A stretch of 64,000 nucleotides of DNA from positions 1,543 to 65,542 of the forward strand of contig PBNV01000004.1 in NCBI GenBank assembly GCA_002723345.1, read 5' to 3'. Made by a program: the position numbers and the translations under genes. Positions 1 through 8,743 of this stretch are shown piece by piece (the stretch's first letter is position 1; the number at the start of each line of letters is the position of its first letter). The notes beneath the pieces are model-generated. The model made no database searches and was not told the origin of the DNA. It was given only the letters and a program-made list of their open reading frames with translations. The stretch is from Rhodospirillaceae bacterium. Lineage in GTDB: Bacteria > Pseudomonadota > Alphaproteobacteria > Rhodospirillales > UBA2165.

Positions 1-711
1 ATTTTCCGGACGGGCAGGAAGGCAAAAGAGAAACTCCAAAATACCCTGGCTCTCCAACCGGGGCAGACCTACAATATGGTTGGTGAAAGTTGGATTCACA
101 TTTAGAATTTTTTTTCCTGTCCGCGGGTGTGTCCTGATCACGGGTTGCGGGATTGGCGGATTTTTGGACTTGTGATTTAGGAAGGCCTCTCCACTGCGGG
201 CCAGAAATTTGGTCCGGCCATCGAGCAGTAAATCCCAACTATGAACCGCCTCAAGCCCCTCCAGATAGGATTTCATTCTATCAGATAATGCATCATAAGC
301 TGCCGACATGCTGGCCCAGATAGTATTGCCTGTGCCATCGCCAGGTAATTTACGGGCATAAAGGCTTGTACCTCCCGGCGGCTCTTTGGCCCAGGTCAAA
401 TCCGCATGCCAACGGGCTGTACCCGTTGGTGGTTTATCCTTATCGTTGATTACCAACTCAATCTCAGGATCATCGTCCAGATGATCGAAAAAGGTATAGG
501 ACGGCAGTAAAGGCCCGAAAATACGGGTGGCCTCTTTTTGCTGATTGGGATCCAGATTTTGATCTGGGAAGAATATCACCTCGTGGTCGTCTAAAGCCTG
601 ACGCAACGTTTCCTTCGCCTCATCGGACAAGTGGTCCTTCAAATTTATATTGTGGACCTCCGCACCTAATGCGGCACCCGAGGTGTGCACTTCAATTTTG
701 GAATTCTTCAT
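1..711 (-). CDS. TauD/TfdA family Fe(II)/2-oxoglutarate dioxygenase (runs off window start; not in ORF track)
   Basis: Manual translation from ATG at 711 (RBS GGAGG upstream): MKNSKIEVHTSGAALGAEVHNINL...EVIFFPDQNL...ARWHADLTW (HxD iron motif)...GNTIWASMSAAYDALS...PVIRTHPRTGKKILNVN; frame open to position 1. Confidence 0.9.
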   Translation of the reverse strand, partial: MKNSKIEVHTSGAALGAEVHNINLKDHLSDEAKETLRQALDDHEVIFFPDQNLDPNQQKEATRIFGPLLPSYTFFDHLDDDPEIELVINDKDKPPTGTARWHADLTWAKEPPGGTSLYARKLPGDGTGNTIWASMSAAYDALSDRMKSYLEGLEAVHSWDLLLDGRTKFLARSGEAFLNHKSKNPPIPQPVIRTHPRTGKKILNVNPTFTNHIVGLPRLESQGILEFLFCLPARPEN

Positions 712-915
712 TAATTACCTCCCGAAGTAGCCCACTTTAACGAGCTCCAAATTTGCACTTTCCGTTCCATAACAGTAGCGAACCTGAATGTTATTGTTAA
801 TATGCTTGGGTCAAGCTTTATTATCAGACTGGTAGGATTAATTCCTCATTTGATTGTGCGGCTGAGGGCGTTCAGAATGGGCTATGTCAAACGAAAAACG
901 GGGAGAAGCGGGGCC

Positions 916-1890
916 GTGAGTTACAGCAAATCTGAAGCCAAAGAATACGCACAAGAGCATTTTCGGGGTATCTTTGCGGCCTGTTTAACGCCGTTCAAAG
1001 AAGACGGCTCGCCCGACGAAGATGGACTTCGGCGCAACATTCGCCATTGGGTGGACGATTTAAAAATCGCAGGGCTATTCGTGAACGGTAAACAAGGCGA
1101 ATATTTCTCCATGTCGCTTGAAGAACGCAAGCGACAATTTGAGATATTTGCCGAGGAGACCGGAGACCGTTGCCGAACTGTGATGTCTTGTTCGGATGAA
1201 AACCTGGATACGGTCCTTACCCTTGGACAACACGCCCAGAACGTCGGCGCAGATTGGATTATAGTCCATGCACCGCCATTGTATTTCCATAGCAATGTCG
1301 ATCTAGTCTTGAAGGAGTACTATGACTACATCGCAGGCAAACTCGACATCGGAATCGCGCTGTGGCACCAGCCGGATTATAGCTATGTTCTTGAACCGGA
1401 GGCCTGCGCGCAATATGCAGATATCGAAAATGTTGTCGCTATAAAATATAGCGTGGATCGGGAACGTTACTCGAAACTAACGGAGATAACCCGGGGAAAG
1501 CTTATCGTCAGCACGTCCTCGGAAGACCTCTGGCTGGAGAATATACTGGAACTTGGCTGGCAGGTATATCTATGCTCATCCCCGCCCTACTTGATGCAAA
1601 CGAAGTTTGATCAACGCATGAACGAGTACACCGAGCTCGCTATGGCAGGTAGAGAGGCGGATGCACGCAAGGTACGCGACAGCCTAAACCCCGTCCGCGA
1701 AGCTCTCAAAGGTACCCGTCCCGCAGATAAGCCTCAAGCGCAGCAGAAATACTGGCAGGAGCTGATTGGTCAGGTAGGAGGTCACGTCCGCCGACCCCTG
1801 CTCAACCTTACGGTCGAAGAAAAGGCCACCGTTAAACAAGGGCTTGATACTTGTGGTTTGCAACTTAACGCTTCAAATACTGCCGCATAA
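916..1890 (+). CDS. DapA/NAL-family class I aldolase/lyase (DHDPS-like, not canonical DapA)
   Basis: LTPFKEDG.PDEDGL, GLFVNGKQGE, Schiff-base Lys in VVAIKYS, VRRPLL; probable GTG start at 916 after GGAG (ORF track starts 802). Confidence 0.85.
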   Translation: MSYSKSEAKEYAQEHFRGIFAACLTPFKEDGSPDEDGLRRNIRHWVDDLKIAGLFVNGKQGEYFSMSLEERKRQFEIFAEETGDRCRTVMSCSDENLDTVLTLGQHAQNVGADWIIVHAPPLYFHSNVDLVLKEYYDYIAGKLDIGIALWHQPDYSYVLEPEACAQYADIENVVAIKYSVDRERYSKLTEITRGKLIVSTSSEDLWLENILELGWQVYLCSSPPYLMQTKFDQRMNEYTELAMAGREADARKVRDSLNPVREALKGTRPADKPQAQQKYWQELIGQVGGHVRRPLLNLTVEEKATVKQGLDTCGLQLNASNTAA

Positions 1891-2125
1891 CACGCCAGGG
1901 TCGGAATATGATTTTGGCACTGCGCCGCGATGCCAGGCGCTTGGAAATCGGGCTCATTTTGAAATGTGACAGGTGCTATCCTACACGCACCAGCGAACCC
2001 ACCCTCGTTTCCGAGGTCCGTAAAGGCTTTTGCGAGCCCTTCAGTGGCTTTATGCTGATATTTGCTGCAGTCGCCCTGAATTCTACTCAGCGATATGATC
2101 GATAACTTCTTAACAGGGTAAATCC

Positions 2126-2761
2126 ATGCAAATCTTCCGTAACAGAGTCGGGGTCGGGGTCGGTGTCATGGCAGGTGCCGTCACCCTGATTGTATATTTC
2201 TGGATAATGACATCAAAGGATAACCTCAGCCCGGCGCACCTCGGCGCCGGACCGGAGCGGGTGGGGCAGATGCAATCATTTGCGATAACCCACAGCCTGC
2301 GGCCTCCGCTCACAGTCGCCTGGAGAGATGCTAACGGACAGGAGGTATCGCTGGCGGCTCTCAGAGGTAAGGTCGTGATGCTAAATTTCTGGGCGAGTTG
2401 GTGCTCGCCATGTCTCCAGGAATTACCATCGATTAATAGGTTGCAGGCCCGCTTAGGAGGCGATCATTTTACCGTAGTCGCCCTCAATGTAGATCGCGGG
2501 GGCAAATCCGTCGCCGACCGGTACACTCGCAGACTGAAACTGGACAAACTGGCTCTTTACACTGACCAAACTAACAACGCCGCAAAATCCATGAAAGTAA
2601 AAAATATGCCCACGACTATTATCTTTGATGCCGAGGGCCGGGAGGTTGGCAGATTAGTAGGAGCTGCCGAATGGGATACAGAAGAAGCCATCAATTTGCT
2701 TAAATGGTTTATAGACAATCCAGGTTACGCGGATGAACTGCCCTCGAAAGTTCCCTCATAA
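2126..2761 (+). CDS. tlpA: TlpA-family membrane-anchored thiol:disulfide oxidoreductase
   Basis: N-terminal TM segment; GKVVMLNFWASWCSPCLQELPS; MPTT; GAAEWD. Confidence 0.88.
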   Translation: MQIFRNRVGVGVGVMAGAVTLIVYFWIMTSKDNLSPAHLGAGPERVGQMQSFAITHSLRPPLTVAWRDANGQEVSLAALRGKVVMLNFWASWCSPCLQELPSINRLQARLGGDHFTVVALNVDRGGKSVADRYTRRLKLDKLALYTDQTNNAAKSMKVKNMPTTIIFDAEGREVGRLVGAAEWDTEEAINLLKWFIDNPGYADELPSKVPS

Positions 2762-3131
2762 CAGCGGCCTGTCCCTGGCTGATAGTTTCGCACCGTAAAA
2801 AATCACGTAACAAAATGCTTTTTGCTCTTGGCTAAAAATGCCGCTGTGCTAGCCGAACCATAGTGCGAGGGGGAGGGTTCCGTGCCTCCTCGACCTCCAT
2901 CTTGTAATCTTAAATAATCTATGTCAGTCGAGAGTTTGACTGAAGCCTTGGTTTTAACTCGCACACCGATGTGGTGAGGAAAATCAAGTATTCCTGTCGC
3001 TCTGAACGGCCGGTATTCATAAGCAACGAGGTCCGGACGCACGCCTTTACATGCGAATAAATTCGCAAATTCCGAGTAATCGAATACCGAATATTGGCCC
3101 CGGTTGCTCCAGCAACTCACCATGGGTCCAG

Positions 3132-3586
3132 TTATTCGCCGGTCTCTTCAGTTCTCGCCAGCAGTCGATTTAAATTCCTAGCAAGTTCGGACAGTTCTGT
3201 ACGTTCCAAGACGGATATAATTTGGTGATATCGAGCATTCGCCGCCGGCAAGATTGCCCCGCATATCTTTTGCCCCGCTTAGCCAGGTTGAGTTCATGGC
3301 TCCGTTTGTCGTGCCTTTTTCTGGTCCGGCTCATAGCATCCGCAGCTTCAAGTTTCCGGATGACCCGATTAACGGTCATTTTCTCCATTGACCAGCTTTG
3401 GGTGACTTCATTAGCTGTCTCCCCCGGGCGCTGGCTTAGCATTACAATGACCGGCCACTCAGCAAGGGTGATATCAAATTTAGGCTCAACCTCCGTTGAA
3501 AAAGCGCGTGTTATCCGATTTGATAATACATGGATCATAGACAGGACGTTCTCGGATGCTGGCAAGTACCGCTTGCTCATGGGCAT
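3132..3586 (-). pseudogene. MarR-family transcriptional regulator, frameshifted near 3268-3271
   Basis: FDITLAEW.VI..L, MEKMTVNRVIRKLE, HDKRSHELNLAKRG wHTH; adding one A restores GKKICGAILPAANARYHQIISVLERTELSELARNLNRLLARTEETGE* ending at 3132. Confidence 0.75.
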
Positions 3587-3614
3587 ATCCTTCAAGAGTA
3601 AACAATGCCGGTCG

Positions 3615-4259
3615 TTACGATGCGTCCGGCTGATTAGCGGGCAATGCCTTTTCAAATGCCGGCAAAACATTGCACGCTTCCACCACTTTCAACACGGACG
3701 GGAATGCCGAGAGATCGACTTTATTCCGTTCAGCATTCGCAACCTGCGGCACCAGACATGCATCCGCGAGCCCTGGCTGAGCACCGTGACTAAATGGCCC
3801 ACCCGTTCCATCTTGTAGAACTTTCTCGTAGGCCCCCAATCCCAGGTGAATCCATCGTTCGATCCATTTTTTTTGGTTTTTTTCTGAGAGACCCATTTCG
3901 TTCCCTAAATAGAGCCGAACCCGGAGATTGTTAAGCGGATGTGTGTCACAAGCTACAATATTGGCGAGGGCACGCACCCGCGCTCGACCAACCTGATCCG
4001 GCGGTAGCAAAGCCGGCTCCGCATAGGCCTCTTCCAAATATTCCATAATTGCCATGGACTGAAAAAAGGTCCGTTCGTTATCAATCAAAGTCGGCACCAG
4101 ATTCTGCGGATTGATGCCATCATATTCCGCCTGGAATTGTTCACCGCCGTCTTTGGTCAGGTGCACGGCCTCTTGTTCATATTCTAGGCCTTTGAGATTG
4201 AGAGCAATGCGAGTACGGTATGCTGCTCCTGAAAAAAAATAGTCATAAAGTTTGATCAT
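3615..4259 (-). CDS. maiA: maleylacetoacetate isomerase (GST zeta class)
   Basis: KLYDYFFSGAAYRTRIALNLKGL, INPQNLVPTL, QSMAIMEYLEE, ACDTHPLNNLRV, LADACLVPQV, PANQPDA; start 4259 or 4274. Confidence 0.93.
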   Translation of the reverse strand: MIKLYDYFFSGAAYRTRIALNLKGLEYEQEAVHLTKDGGEQFQAEYDGINPQNLVPTLIDNERTFFQSMAIMEYLEEAYAEPALLPPDQVGRARVRALANIVACDTHPLNNLRVRLYLGNEMGLSEKNQKKWIERWIHLGLGAYEKVLQDGTGGPFSHGAQPGLADACLVPQVANAERNKVDLSAFPSVLKVVEACNVLPAFEKALPANQPDAS

Positions 4260-4842
4260 AGAATCCCGTCCCAAATAAAACCTGCCAGAAGAACCATAAA
4301 ACAGGTTTTCACTAGCGACAAGAAAGTCACTCTAATTGGTATCCCTTAGGGGTCCCAACACAACCCGAAGGGTTTTGTATTATAAGCTTTCTGGCCTGAA
4401 GGCGGGCTCTCCGCGCTAGCCTAAAAGCACATAAAATTGAACACCCTTGCAGGTGACCAAGTCATCGTTCATTTGACTGAATGCAGCACAGGTGTGGGTC
4501 AGGACATCGCCGGTTGGAAACCCCGCGGCCAATTTCAGCCAATGAGAGAATACCGGATGGCTTATTGGGACACCACTCTTATAGATAGAGATCTCCAGCA
4601 GGGCGTTGCTAAGGCACCAGTAGCCTGATCCTGAAACCAAATAATTAACATTTAGACCTAGCCCCACCGACCCAAGATTGGCGCTAAATCGCTGCCGATG
4701 CGCCGCGATACATCTCCGAGAGAGCAGCTTGTTTCAACAATGGTCACTCTACATTACCCATGAGGATCTGGTAATCACGACTAGAGCAATTTTTCTCGAC
4801 TCCCGACACCTAAAATCTAGCCAACCACGAGGTTTATTAAAG

Positions 4843-5367
4843 TCAGCAAGGCGGTTTACTATCTCCCTCGCCGATCCCGCGTTGCAGCAGCACAGTGTCG
4901 ACCCACCGGCCATGTTTATAGCCTGTCGATGGCAAAAGCCCGACCTGATTAAATCCGCATTTAGCATGTAGATTAATCGAAGCGTGATTGTCCGAGTCTC
5001 CGATAACCGCAATCAACTGACGGACGCCGAGTTGATTACAAACCTGAACCAGGTCAGAAAGAAGTCGCATGCCGATACCCTGTCTTACACAACCCGGTGA
5101 CACATATATAGAATTCTCGAGCGTATGACTATAGGCCTCGCGCTGACGGTAGGTAGACGCATAAGCGTATCCAGAAATCTCGTCATCCGTCTCAGCAGCC
5201 AAGAATGGATGCCCGCGCTCCTTGACGCGCTCAATCCGTCTCCTCATTTCGTCCTCATCAGGAGGCAAGAGTTCAAAAGAAGACAATCCGTTCAAAACGT
5301 AATGACTATAGATGTCCCGAATGCCTCCAGCGTCTTGAACGTTTGCATCTCGAATTATTGTCGGCAT
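4843..5367 (-). CDS. GNAT N-acetyltransferase, phosphinothricin/methionine-sulfoximine (Pat/MddA/YncA) type
   Basis: SSFELLPP, GYAYASTYRQREAYSHTLENSIYV, RQGIG, NHASINLH, GYKHGRWVDT. Confidence 0.9.
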   Translation of the reverse strand: MPTIIRDANVQDAGGIRDIYSHYVLNGLSSFELLPPDEDEMRRRIERVKERGHPFLAAETDDEISGYAYASTYRQREAYSHTLENSIYVSPGCVRQGIGMRLLSDLVQVCNQLGVRQLIAVIGDSDNHASINLHAKCGFNQVGLLPSTGYKHGRWVDTVLLQRGIGEGDSKPPC

Positions 5368-5575
5368 TGCAGTATTCTTCCCTGCGTTTGTCTGTTTGAA
5401 TCTCTACCCGCCAGCCAAGTTAAGCTCTCAAGTTTTTATAATCCCACAACCTGTCCCAGATAGTAAGAGTCTCCTCGTTTCCCCCTGCCGGTGGCAATTG
5501 CTTCGGCAGCTTTTGATTCATGGTTTCGTAACCACTCTCTCGCTAAGGGTTATTGTAAAACTCAGGAGGCTCAAA

Positions 5576-5761
5576 ATGAACTATGCAATTCAATATCATG
5601 AGATCAGTGGTGATTGGCTAATCTTTGACATTAGCGACGGGTTCGAACTCGTCGGCATACATAGCACGGAAAAAGACGCGAAGCGTCACGCGACCCAACT
5701 CGAGAAAGCATTCGCGAAACGCGCCCTATGGACCAGAGGTGCAATGAATCGGGCAGCATAG
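5576..5761 (+). CDS. small hypothetical protein (61 aa)
   Basis: Strong RBS CAGGAGG 6 nt before ATG 5576; MNYAIQYHEISGDWLIFDISDGFELVGIHSTEKDAKRHATQLEKAFAKRALWTRGAMNRAA*. Confidence 0.7.
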   Translation: MNYAIQYHEISGDWLIFDISDGFELVGIHSTEKDAKRHATQLEKAFAKRALWTRGAMNRAA

Positions 5762-5952
5762 CCTCTATATGTCGTGCCAAATGAAAACACGTGGCTATAC
5801 TGGGGCACGAGAGTATCGATGAGAAATATATAATACGGGCGAAACATAATCCTTGGCCGGGCTTTGTACTTGGCGTTTTAGATCCACATAGCTAGAACCC
5901 ATCGCGCCGTGTAGGTTTTTCATTTCACGACCACGTTATAGCTCAACGGCTC

Positions 5953-6081
5953 TTACCTTAACAGCCAACCGTTCAGAATTAAGATTGTATTTATACAGAG
6001 GACAATGGCCAAGGTAGCTTTATGCTCCCACTCGTTTAATATTTTTTGCCTAATAATAACGCTTTTTACCATGTAATCCAT
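5953..6081 (-). CDS. putative small single-TM protein (42 aa)
   Basis: GGGGGAG RBS before ATG (6081, or next ATG at 6072); MDYMVKSVIIRQKILNEWEHKATLAIVLCINTILILNGWLLR*; below ORF-track cutoff. Confidence 0.45.
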   Translation of the reverse strand: MDYMVKSVIIRQKILNEWEHKATLAIVLCINTILILNGWLLR

Positions 6082-6258
6082 TACTCCCCCTTTTCGCTGA
6101 GAGCAAAAGCCCAGTATAGCTACAATAAACCTGGACGCTCAGGTGAATTTACATTTGAAGATCTGATCGAGGCAGCTTTTTTTCTACGGGGGTTCACACA
6201 AACTTTGATAAGCACGCCACGAACTACTGGTCGAAAAAAATAAACATCCCAGTGACAA

Positions 6259-6948
6259 TTAAGCATTTGGCTCGATCAAAATGCCTCCAACACAGGCCAA
6301 TTGCTGACATGTGCGCTTATCCGCAAAGCTCGTGATGTTAGAGGGACAAAAATGCCGCTGAAATGCCGTCAAGGCGGCGCCGATATGCGACACGTTATAT
6401 CCGACACGGGCCAGTTCGGCGGTGGCGTCAAAGTCCTTTCCAGGATCGATCGCAGCCTTATTATCAGGCCAAATGCCAATTCCATCACCTGCTAGCCTGG
6501 GCCAGTCAAATAACTCGCCCGGGTCGGTCTTCCGTGTCGGCGCCACATCCGAATGTCCGACCACGTTGCGGGCTGGGATGGAATGGCGACTGAGAATATC
6601 GCTGCAGAGGCGGGTGACTGCATCCATTTGAATATCCGAAAAAGGCCGGTACCCGTTTTCATGGCCAGGATTTTCGATTTCCACACCGATAGACCGGGAG
6701 TTAATGTTTGTCGCCCCTCGCCAGTAAGAGACCCCTGCATGCCAGGCTCTTTCTCCTTCGTCTACCATGCAGATCAAGTCGCCCGAGACCGTTACCAAAT
6801 AATGGGCACTAACCTGTGCCTTAGGATCGGTCAGCCGCGCAATGGCCGCCTGAAGGGTTTGCATGCCTGTATAATGCAGAACAAGCATATCGATCATCTG
6901 CCCTTCTCGGCTGTCATGATTTGGGGACGGATGATTAATAAGATCCAT
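6259..6948 (-). CDS. N-acetylmuramoyl-L-alanine amidase (Amidase_2, AmpD/AmiD-like)
   Basis: PSPNHDSR, LVLHYTGM, VSAHYL, RAWHAGVSYW, NSRSIGVEIEN, VVGHSDVAPTRKTDPGELFDW, AFQRHF. Confidence 0.93.
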   Translation of the reverse strand: MDLINHPSPNHDSREGQMIDMLVLHYTGMQTLQAAIARLTDPKAQVSAHYLVTVSGDLICMVDEGERAWHAGVSYWRGATNINSRSIGVEIENPGHENGYRPFSDIQMDAVTRLCSDILSRHSIPARNVVGHSDVAPTRKTDPGELFDWPRLAGDGIGIWPDNKAAIDPGKDFDATAELARVGYNVSHIGAALTAFQRHFCPSNITSFADKRTCQQLACVGGILIEPNA

Positions 6949-7834
6949 GCTGAGAACCTGATGTTGGTTGCCCTGGTTTTAGAGGATGCGGCCGCCATTG
7001 GATGATTGCAACACCCGCCAGGGTGATAGCTGCGCCCGTCAACCGGACGGGCGATAAGTCCTCACCCAGAATGACGACAGAGGAAGCAATTGCAAAAAGA
7101 GGATTTAAGAATGCAAATGGCATGATAGCTGAGACAGCATACTTACCAATCAAGTAATACCACAACCCGTACCCCGCAATTGATGCGCCGAGAGCAGAAA
7201 ATACAACGGTGCCCCACGCGAGCGCGCCCGCGGTCTCAAGCGCATGTACCTGGCCCGTTTCGAGCGCGGCTGAGATGACAAAAAACTGAGGGGCCGAAAA
7301 GATTGCAATCCAGGCAGCGAGTGTCATTGGGGGAACGTCTCGCAGTTGTCTAATCTGCACAGCGGCAAAACCCCAAGCCACCATAGAGGTCATAACGATG
7401 AGCAAATGGATGATATTGCTGGAACCCTCGGGTATCCCGGCAATAAGGCTCACCCCACCAAAAGCAACAACCATGCCGATGGTCCGGCGCACCCCGAACA
7501 CTTCGCCCAAGAACAACCGGGCGAACAGCACACTAAATACAATCCCCAATTGAAAAACAATCGCCGCAACAGAGGCCTCCACGCCTGAAATGCCGATAAA
7601 AAAGAGGCCAAAGTGAAATGTGCCCATGGTGATGGATAAGAGAAATACTGCTCGCCAACGCCCGGTTGGTGGACGGACGAACCAGGCCAGTACGAGAGCA
7701 ACAATGGTAAATCTCACCGCCATCATGAGCAGGGGCGGAAAGTGAGCAACCCCGGTTTTCACCACAACAAAATTGAAACCGAGCAGGAATGTAGCGAGAA
7801 TCGCGAGGGCTAGATCTTGAGGGCGTAGAGACAG
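6935..7834 (-). CDS. EamA/DMT family transporter (O-acetylserine/cysteine exporter-like)
   Basis: About 10 hydrophobic segments; frame extends upstream of the ORF-track start (7765) to LSLRPQDLALAILATFLLGFNFVVVKTG, beginning at CTG 7834. Confidence 0.85.
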   Translation of the reverse strand: MSLRPQDLALAILATFLLGFNFVVVKTGVAHFPPLLMMAVRFTIVALVLAWFVRPPTGRWRAVFLLSITMGTFHFGLFFIGISGVEASVAAIVFQLGIVFSVLFARLFLGEVFGVRRTIGMVVAFGGVSLIAGIPEGSSNIIHLLIVMTSMVAWGFAAVQIRQLRDVPPMTLAAWIAIFSAPQFFVISAALETGQVHALETAGALAWGTVVFSALGASIAGYGLWYYLIGKYAVSAIMPFAFLNPLFAIASSVVILGEDLSPVRLTGAAITLAGVAIIQWRPHPLKPGQPTSGSQHGSY

Positions 7835-7851
7835 TAAAAGGGTTCGGGTCG

Positions 7852-8592
7852 CTAACTCAGCGCCCGCTCTCTCTCAATTTTCTCGTAGGCTCCATTGATC
7901 CGCGCCATCTTTTCAGTAGCCAGATCAATAAAATCTTGCGGCATCCCCTGAGCGATCAGCTTGTCTGGATGATTTTCACGAATGAGCGTGCGATAGGCTG
8001 ACTTCACATCTTTGTCGCTAGCGTTCCGGCTTACGCCTAGAATCTGATATGGTGTCTCCTTATCTTCTTCCATATGTACGGCTTTGATACGCTCAAAAGT
8101 GGCGCGCTCTAAACGGAATTCTTGTGCCACCTTTTCCAGAAATTGCATCTCGCTTGACTGCACAACGCCATCAGCAAGCGCAATTTCAAATAAACCGCTG
8201 AGCAGACTTTCCAGAACTGCCGGATTATGCGTAAACATCTCCCCCATCTGCGCGGCATACGGTTCAAATCCCTCCGCATCCTGGCGCGCCTCATCGAAAA
8301 GGCGTCCGACGTTCGGCATTTCCTCACTGGGAATGTTAAAGATCGTCTTAAACGTATTTATTTCATCCCGGGTGACAGTCCCATCGGCCTTTGCCATTTT
8401 CGCACTTAAAACGATGACGGCGATGGTAAAGGCGGTCTGACGGGTTTCAATGGAGGCGGCCCCGGGATTCGGACGCTGTTGCGCCCGCGACCGATCCAGT
8501 GCGTGCCCAGCGGCAGCGCCTAGGAGCGCTCCTAAAGGCCCGCCCACAGCAAATCCGGCTACGCTACCGATCACTTTTCCCCACATACTCAT
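7852..8592 (-). CDS. djlA: DjlA-like co-chaperone (TerB-like domain + C-terminal J domain)
   Basis: MSMWGKVIG..GFAVGGPLGA, AKMAKADG, PYQILGV, ENHPDKL, ARINGAYEKI. Confidence 0.92.
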   Translation of the reverse strand: MSMWGKVIGSVAGFAVGGPLGALLGAAAGHALDRSRAQQRPNPGAASIETRQTAFTIAVIVLSAKMAKADGTVTRDEINTFKTIFNIPSEEMPNVGRLFDEARQDAEGFEPYAAQMGEMFTHNPAVLESLLSGLFEIALADGVVQSSEMQFLEKVAQEFRLERATFERIKAVHMEEDKETPYQILGVSRNASDKDVKSAYRTLIRENHPDKLIAQGMPQDFIDLATEKMARINGAYEKIERERALS

Positions 8593-8743
8593 TTCAAATT
8601 CAACTTCCCTTTTTTAAAATCTTGCGCAAATAGGCTATGCTAAGACGTCCATCGTAGCGGCGTCGAGGATGATAGTACGGCATCAGACCACAACCGGTCA
8701 CGAACAAAGAAACTCCCTTGAAAGGCTGTCCAGAGGTGAAAAT

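Noticed and set aside
1908-2105. 65-aa ORF between the aldolase and tlpA
   Set aside because: No clear RBS or motif; covers the probable tlpA promoter region
2803-3123. 106-aa minus ORF after the MarR gene
   Set aside because: No recognisable domain in the frames read; may be decayed sequence
4300-4840. Long intergenic gap with short ORFs (4437-4628, 4416-4667); checked for tRNA, tmRNA and riboswitch
   Set aside because: No conserved RNA motif or protein family recognised
5761-6259. Possible rnpB, often near the amidase gene in alphaproteobacteria
   Set aside because: No GAGGAAAGTCC core on either strand
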